Source: the human T2T-CHM13v2.0 reference genome, Homo sapiens. From it: a stretch of 64,000 nt of DNA. The DNA lies in assembly GCF_009914755.1 (NCBI RefSeq), contig NC_060931.1; one strand, given 5' to 3'. The notes below the pieces were generated by a model that searched no databases, was not told the DNA's origin, and saw nothing but the letters and a program-made list of their open reading frames with translations. This document shows, in pieces, positions 58,376-64,000 of this stretch (position 1 is its first letter; every line of letters starts with the position of its first letter). Both the position numbers and the translations under genes were made by a program.

Positions 58376-59651
58376 CCATGGGTCAGGAGTTTTACCTTCC
58401 AATCGTTGGGATATTGGTTACTGTATAAGATACTTCCTTTCCTAGGGTTTAATAATTTGGCGGAGAAAGAACTGGCTTAGAGTTGTGAATCTTAGAGAAG
58501 TGAGCAAAGGAGGCCTCTGTAAGAAAGTTGGGCTCATTCTCCCAAGAGGCAGCCAGGCAGCATTGCCACCATCCCCTGGGGGCCCAGAGGGCAGAAGCCA
58601 CACCTCCAGGAGGGGCAGGCGGAGCAGGGTCAGGGCAGGAGGTGATCGGCCCACAAGCTGATGGTTTTGCCCGGAATGCTGTGGGCTTGTAGGAGAACAT
58701 TTGCATGTGGGGAGCGCGATACTTCCCAGGGCTCCTTAGAGCAGCCTCCAATGTATCCCCTGCCTCCTGCCTTGCCCTGTGCAGGGAGCACACTCTGCAC
58801 ACACCTCTGGCTGCAGGTTGCTATGGTGCCCGCCACCCACACGGTGCTGCCAGGGCTGCCGGCAAGGATGGAGGTCTGTCTGGTGATAAACCACAGGCAG
58901 ACGTAGCACAGAGTGAGCCCTCAGGAGAAGCAGCTGTCTGAGGCAGAGCTGGGGAAGTTTGCACGGATGGACCAGAGCAGAGCTTAAGGCCACACATCCA
59001 ACACTCAGGAGAAACATCCTCATTACTGAAAGATCACAGCCCTGCAGAAGGGTTCACAGTGGACATAACACCCAAGAGCTCCAGATCACTGCAGCAAGTT
59101 TGTGCAGCCCGGATTGGGGGGTCCCCAACTCATCCTGGGACCCCTGCTCCCAGACACCTCTTGGCGGAGGACAAGCTGGGTCTCTTAGTTGAAAAGACAC
59201 CCTAATTGTGATCACATCTCCTGCTGCAGGCTCAGGGCTGAGGAAACCATGGCGCTGACTTCTCAATGCCCCAGAATGTGGCAAAATCTTAAATGGGACA
59301 AGAAATCCAAATGCAGAAAGGGCATGCTCTCCAGGACTCATCTGAAAAGTAACTTTCGGGCAGGCGGGGCCACTCTCAGGTTCTCCTCACCATCTCCCAG
59401 ACACATACACAGCAGGTCAAGAAAACCGGCCTTTCCCTGCCTGCAAAATGACGGAACAATCAAACAATCCCAAGTGCCAGCAGCAGAACGGAAACAGGGA
59501 CTTCGCTTAACTTGGAAAGCAGAAAGTAGCATTGGTACTCAGAGGATTATTTAGGGGAAAAATCTACATAATTCTTGCAGGGCAGGAGGGGGCTTCTGGT
59601 GCAGTGTTAGGAAGTGGAACCTCACCACCGTAGCACCACGCAGGAGCCTAC

Positions 59652-59749
59652 CTTGCTCTCATCCTCCGGGTCGCTGTAGCCACAGGCATCGACGAAATCT
59701 GGGAACGTCTCTGACCATCCATCACTCGTACAGTTTTTGCTTATGTTTC
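59652..59749 (-). CDS. VIPR2: VIPR2 (VPAC2) coding exon 4, end of the extracellular hormone-binding domain
   Basis: Reverse complement tcactttccag|GAAACATAAGC...GAGAGCAAG|gtaggc; 98 nt; translates (G)NISKNCTSDGWSETFPDFVDACGYSDPEDESK, matching human VPAC2 as I recall it, with the class B GPCR ectodomain C-T-x-x-G-W-S motif. Ends in phase 0. Confidence 0.97.
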
Positions 59750-60114
59750 CTGGAAAGTGAAGTTCAGATATTTTATCTGCAAGTCCATGAAAACTGGCCT
59801 TAGAAGGGACCTTAGTCCGTGCTGAGCCCGTGCTCTATTAAAATGCTTCCCACACCCAGGGGTCAGCTAGGAGACAGGACTGCCACTCAAAAAACCTTCC
59901 TTGCCCTCCTAGTCCATGTGACCTGGACAGCAGGTCACCTCTCGGGGCCGGTGGGTCCTGAGATGTGAGTGAACGCACTGTGTCATAAGTCATAATTACC
60001 GCAACTGTAAGTGTAGTTCTTTTGGGGCAGAATGAAAATTCTTAACAGACTCTTAGGTTCTGCCACCATAAGTGATATTTATAGCCAAGCCCTGGCCATC
60101 CTGGAGCCAGGAGC

Positions 60115-60980
60115 CCAGCCTGCCCCAGTTCCTGACAGCACCCTCCCTCCTCCCGGCCAGGCCCTCACCACCGACAGTGACCGGGTACCCCGCCTGCTCC
60201 AGTTCTGGGCAGCACCCTCCCTCCTCCCGGCCAGCACCCTCGCCACTGACGGTGACCAGATGCCCCACTGCTCCAGTTCCCAACAGCACGACAGTGACCA
60301 GGTGTCCCGCCTGCTCCAGTTCCCGACAGCACCCTCCCTCCTCCTGGCCAGCACCCTTGCCACTGATGGTGACCAGGTGCCCAGTCCAGTTCCTGACAGC
60401 ACCCTACCTCCTCCTGGCAGCACCCTCCCTCCTCCCAGCAACGCCCTCCCTCCTCCCAGCCAGGCCCTCACCACCGATGGTGACCGGGTACCCCACCTGC
60501 TCCAGTTCCTGGCAGCACTCTCCCTCCTCCCGACAGCACCCTCCCTCCTCCCAGCAACACCCTCCCTCCTCCTGACAGCACCCTCCCTCCTTCCAGCCAG
60601 GCCCTCACCACCGACGGTGACTGGGTGCCCCACCTGCTCCAGTTCCTGGCAGCACTCTCCCTCCTCCCGACAGCACCCTCCCTCCTCCCAGCAACACCCT
60701 CCCTCCTCCTGACAGCACCCTCCCTCCTTCCAGCCAGGCCCTCACCACCGACGGTGACTGGGTGCCCCACCCAGTTCCTGACAGCACCCTCTCTCCTCCC
60801 AGCCAGCACCCTTGCCACCGATGGTGACCGGGTGCCCGGCCTGCCCCAGTTCCTGACAGTATCCTCCCTCCTCCTGGCCAGGCCCTCACCACCAACGGTG
60901 ACCTGGTGCCTGGCCTGCCCCAGTTCCTGACAGCACCTTCCCTCCTCCTGGCCAGGCCCTCATCACCAACCGTGACCCAG
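60115..60980. repeat. Complex C-rich minisatellite with nested short and long units
   Basis: cagcaccctccctcctcc subunits plus ggccctcaccaccgacggtgac modules. Confidence 0.9.
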
Positions 60981-61899
60981 TAGGGCAGGCTCCATTTGGC
61001 CACTGGTGTTGGAAGAAAGGATGGCGGAATTACAGTTTAATTGTAGGAAACCAAGGCAGTTGTTCCCTTACAATCTCATCTTTTGCGCCTACGGAACTAA
61101 AATCATATGTAAGCTCAGAAATTCAATGTTCCTTGTATTTGTGTGTGTCCTTAGCAGATGGCCACACAGAACAGTAAGTGATAAAGCTCTCGAAGGTGTC
61201 CGAGCCGTAAGAATAAAACCAGGCACTGAACGCCGTGCCAGCCTTGCCCCGAGCATGGCTGCATGGTGTTAGGGTCACCCCCACAGCAGAGCCCAGGAGG
61301 CCGGACCCCTCCATGCACTCCTGGCACAGCCAGAGCGGAGCCCCTGTCTCCCTGCCTGGGTGACTGGAAGGGTCTGGGGCTTTGGATTTAGCAAATATTT
61401 TCACTCCCGTGACTTTTTAATTTCAAGACAACCCTGCAAGACAGACTTGGTGGGCGCTGCTGTTCCCATTTTACAGAAGGGGAAAACAAGGCTTTGAAGA
61501 CTCAGTAGTTTGAGTGGGGTGCGTGCATGATTCTTGTCCTGCAGTGATGAGAGGCAGAGAGAGGGCCGGGCCAGGCTCTGGCTGTACTGGGGAGGAGTGG
61601 GGTGGGAGACTGGTCTCAGCAAGGCCACAGGGCTGGCCCTGCTCACTGGCACCCCGACACCATCACCAATCAGGGGCTCTGACTACAAGGCCCACACCTC
61701 ACACAGGGAGCCCCAGCAGGGTCTGGGGGCCTCTTAGCTGCAGAGACCCCATACACGGTAGAGGCAAAACAGAGCCCTAAAGCAGGCAAGCCTCCTAGAG
61801 ACCTGGTCCCACGGCCCCATTGTGCAGACAAGGAGACAGGTCCACAAAGATAAATAATGTGCCCATCACAGACTCAGGAACAGCACTCATAATAGTTAT

Positions 61900-62130
61900 T
61901 ATAATAATACTAGTCATGTGGTAGTGGCCACTACGACTCACTGAGCCCTCAGGAATGCCGGGCTCTGTGCTTGCATCAACCCAGTTAATCCTGACACCAT
62001 AGGAGGCAGCTCTCCAATTAATCTCAGAGATGAGACGGCCAAGGCTGAGGAAGTCGTGTCACTTGCCCAAAGTCACACTGGTGAGCGATGGGCCAAGCGC
62101 CACACCTGACAGCCTGGCTCTCACCTGAGC
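61900..62130 (-). mobile_element. MIR (a second fragment lies at ~61410-61510)
   Basis: cacttgcccaaagtcacac; cccattttacaga. Confidence 0.65.
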
Positions 62131-62404
62131 AGGGCACCTGCAGGCCCCTATCCTGAGCCTGGAAGCCAGGACCTCGGTGGGAGCTGAGCCTGTCACTCAT
62201 CCTCTGCGAGGTGCAGCCTTTTCTCCTTCCTACGGGAGATCAGTGTTTACCAATCCAAAGAAGATGCTGAAATAAAACTCCACAAACTAAGTCAGAAAGT
62301 CATTCTATGAAGTGCAGATTCCCTCACAGGTTCTTTATCCTTTCTGACTTCTCACTCCTGAGACACATGGGGCAGATGTGGAAGGACAGGAAATGACTGA
62401 GGTG

Positions 62405-63050
62405 GCAACCTGCAGAGAGATCAGGGAGGTACAGAGAGACCAGGGAGGGGCAGAGAGAGGCCAGGGAGGGGCAGAGAGGCCAGGGAGGGGCAGAGAGAGG
62501 CCAGGAAGGGGCAGAGAGAGGCCGGGGAGGGGCAGAGAGAGGCCAAGGAGGGGCAGAGAGAGGCCAAGGAGGGGCAGAGAGAGGCCAGGGAGGGGCAGAG
62601 AGAGGCCAGGGAGGGGCACAGAGAGGCCAGGTAGGTGCTGAGAGAGGCCGGGAAGGGGCAGAAAGGCCAGGGAGGGGCAGAGAGAGGCCAGGGAGGGGCA
62701 GAGAGGCCAGGGAGGGGCAGAGAGGCCAGGGAGGGGCAGAGAGGCCAGGGAAGGGCAGAGAGAGGCCAGGGAGGGGCAGAGAGAGGCTGGGTAGGGGCAG
62801 AGAGGCCGGGGAGGTAGAGAGAGAGGCCGGGGAGGTACAGAGAGAGGCCGGGGAGATGCAGAGAGAGGCCAGGGAGGCACACAGAGGCCAGGGAGGGGCA
62901 GAGAGATCAGGGAGGTGCAGAAAGAGGCCAGGGAGGTGCAGAAAGAGGCCAGGGAGGTGCAGAGAGATCAGGGAGGTACAGAGAGAGGCCAGGGAGGTGC
63001 AGAGAGAGGCCATCCAGGGGCAGAGAGGCCAGGGAGGTGCAGAGAAAGGT
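62405..63050. repeat. 20-22 bp purine-rich VNTR (gcagagagaggccagggagggg), ~30 copies
   Basis: Direct periodicity. Confidence 0.95.
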
Positions 63051-63618
63051 TGTGGGGGGTGGGAGCACACTCTCGCCCACTTGCAGGATGACGAATACTT
63101 GAAGGCCTCCCTTAGGGCTTCAGTGCTTCTCAGCGACTATTCCAAGCCCCACGAGCCTACATCATCCTCCACTGGGGGATGTGCTGATGCCCCTTTAAAG
63201 GATCAGAACCACACCTGGCCCTACACCTGTGCTGGATGGGCGGCTGAGCTGCTGCCCTGGGTCTGGCTAAAACAGTGCCATGCAGAATTGGCAGGTGGGC
63301 ACCAGGAGCAACTGGAAACACAGAAAGCAAGTCAAGGGAGAAAGGTCAGCACACAGCTGTCGGAGCTGCCTCCTGGCCCCTGAGCATGGGGCATGAACAG
63401 CAGCTGCTCACAGAAGGCTGTCCTCCCAGTGATGAGTCCTCGTGCCTCTCACCCTGGCTCCCTGCTTCCTTTGTTCCCCTCTATGCAGACAGTTGGCTCA
63501 TTGCCTCCTGGAGGGGATGGGGGCAGGAAATGTCTGAAGCACCTAATCCTCACAGCTTTCCCCAAGCAGCAGTGGTGAAGTCCAGCCCGGGTGGGAAGAG
63601 GACTTGCATCCCGGGTCC

Positions 63619-63832
63619 CACTGCTGCAGGGCAGGGTTAGGACCTGGGGAAGGAGCTGCCCGCTGCTTCTGGAACCGCTGCAGGGCAGGGTTAGGACCTG
63701 AAGGAGCTGCCCGCTGCTTCTGGAACTGCTGCAGGGCAGGGTTAGGACCCGGGGAAGGAGCTGCCCACTGCTTCTGGAGCTGCTGCAGGGCAGGGGTTAG
63801 GACCTGGAGAAGGAGCTGCCCACTGCTTCTGG
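63619..63832. repeat. 51-55 bp VNTR, 4 copies, containing gggttagg
   Basis: c(t/c)gctgcagggcaggg at 63621, 63675, 63726, 63780. Confidence 0.93.
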
Positions 63833-64000
63833 ACAGGGCCCAGGGTCCCGCCTGGCACAGAGACACAGGGCGCCAGTGTGCTGGTCACTGTGATGATGCA
63901 CAGTGCCGGACACACGTGATGATGCCCAGAGGCCACCTGCCTAGCACAGGACAGACAGCCCCCAAACCTCCCACCTGCTGGAAGGATGAGAAATCAAAAG

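Noticed and set aside
60032-63383. ORFs of 150-250 aa over the C-rich and GA-rich arrays
   Set aside because: Low-complexity repeat translations in several frames on both strands.

Overview
Human (primate) genomic DNA lying entirely inside VIPR2 (VPAC2, a class B GPCR, subtelomeric 7q36.3), which is transcribed on the minus strand. Two canonical 98-nt coding exons, neither shown in its coding frame by the ORF track, are recognisable: exon 4 at 59749-59652 (GNISKNCTSDGWSETFPDFVDACGYSDPEDESK) and exon 5 at 15012-14915 (ITFYILVKAIYTLGYSVSLMSLATGSIILCLFR, TM1). They are separated by a 44.6-kb intron 4. That intron contains an alternative exon (52855-52455, with a downstream AATAAA) that could give either an ectodomain-only protein or a receptor lacking the ectodomain. 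The rest is intronic: L1, Alu, MIR, a hAT-Charlie transposase fossil, an LTR12C inside a CpG island, a MER4-group ERV1 provirus, a THE1 LTR, and about 15 minisatellites or tandem arrays, several of which arose inside transposons. There is no CRISPR array, RNA gene or prokaryotic system, and I cannot claim a new biological system. The best leads are regulatory or splicing architecture and local instability. Repeat boundaries are approximate and subfamily names come from recalled consensus sequences, not a search.
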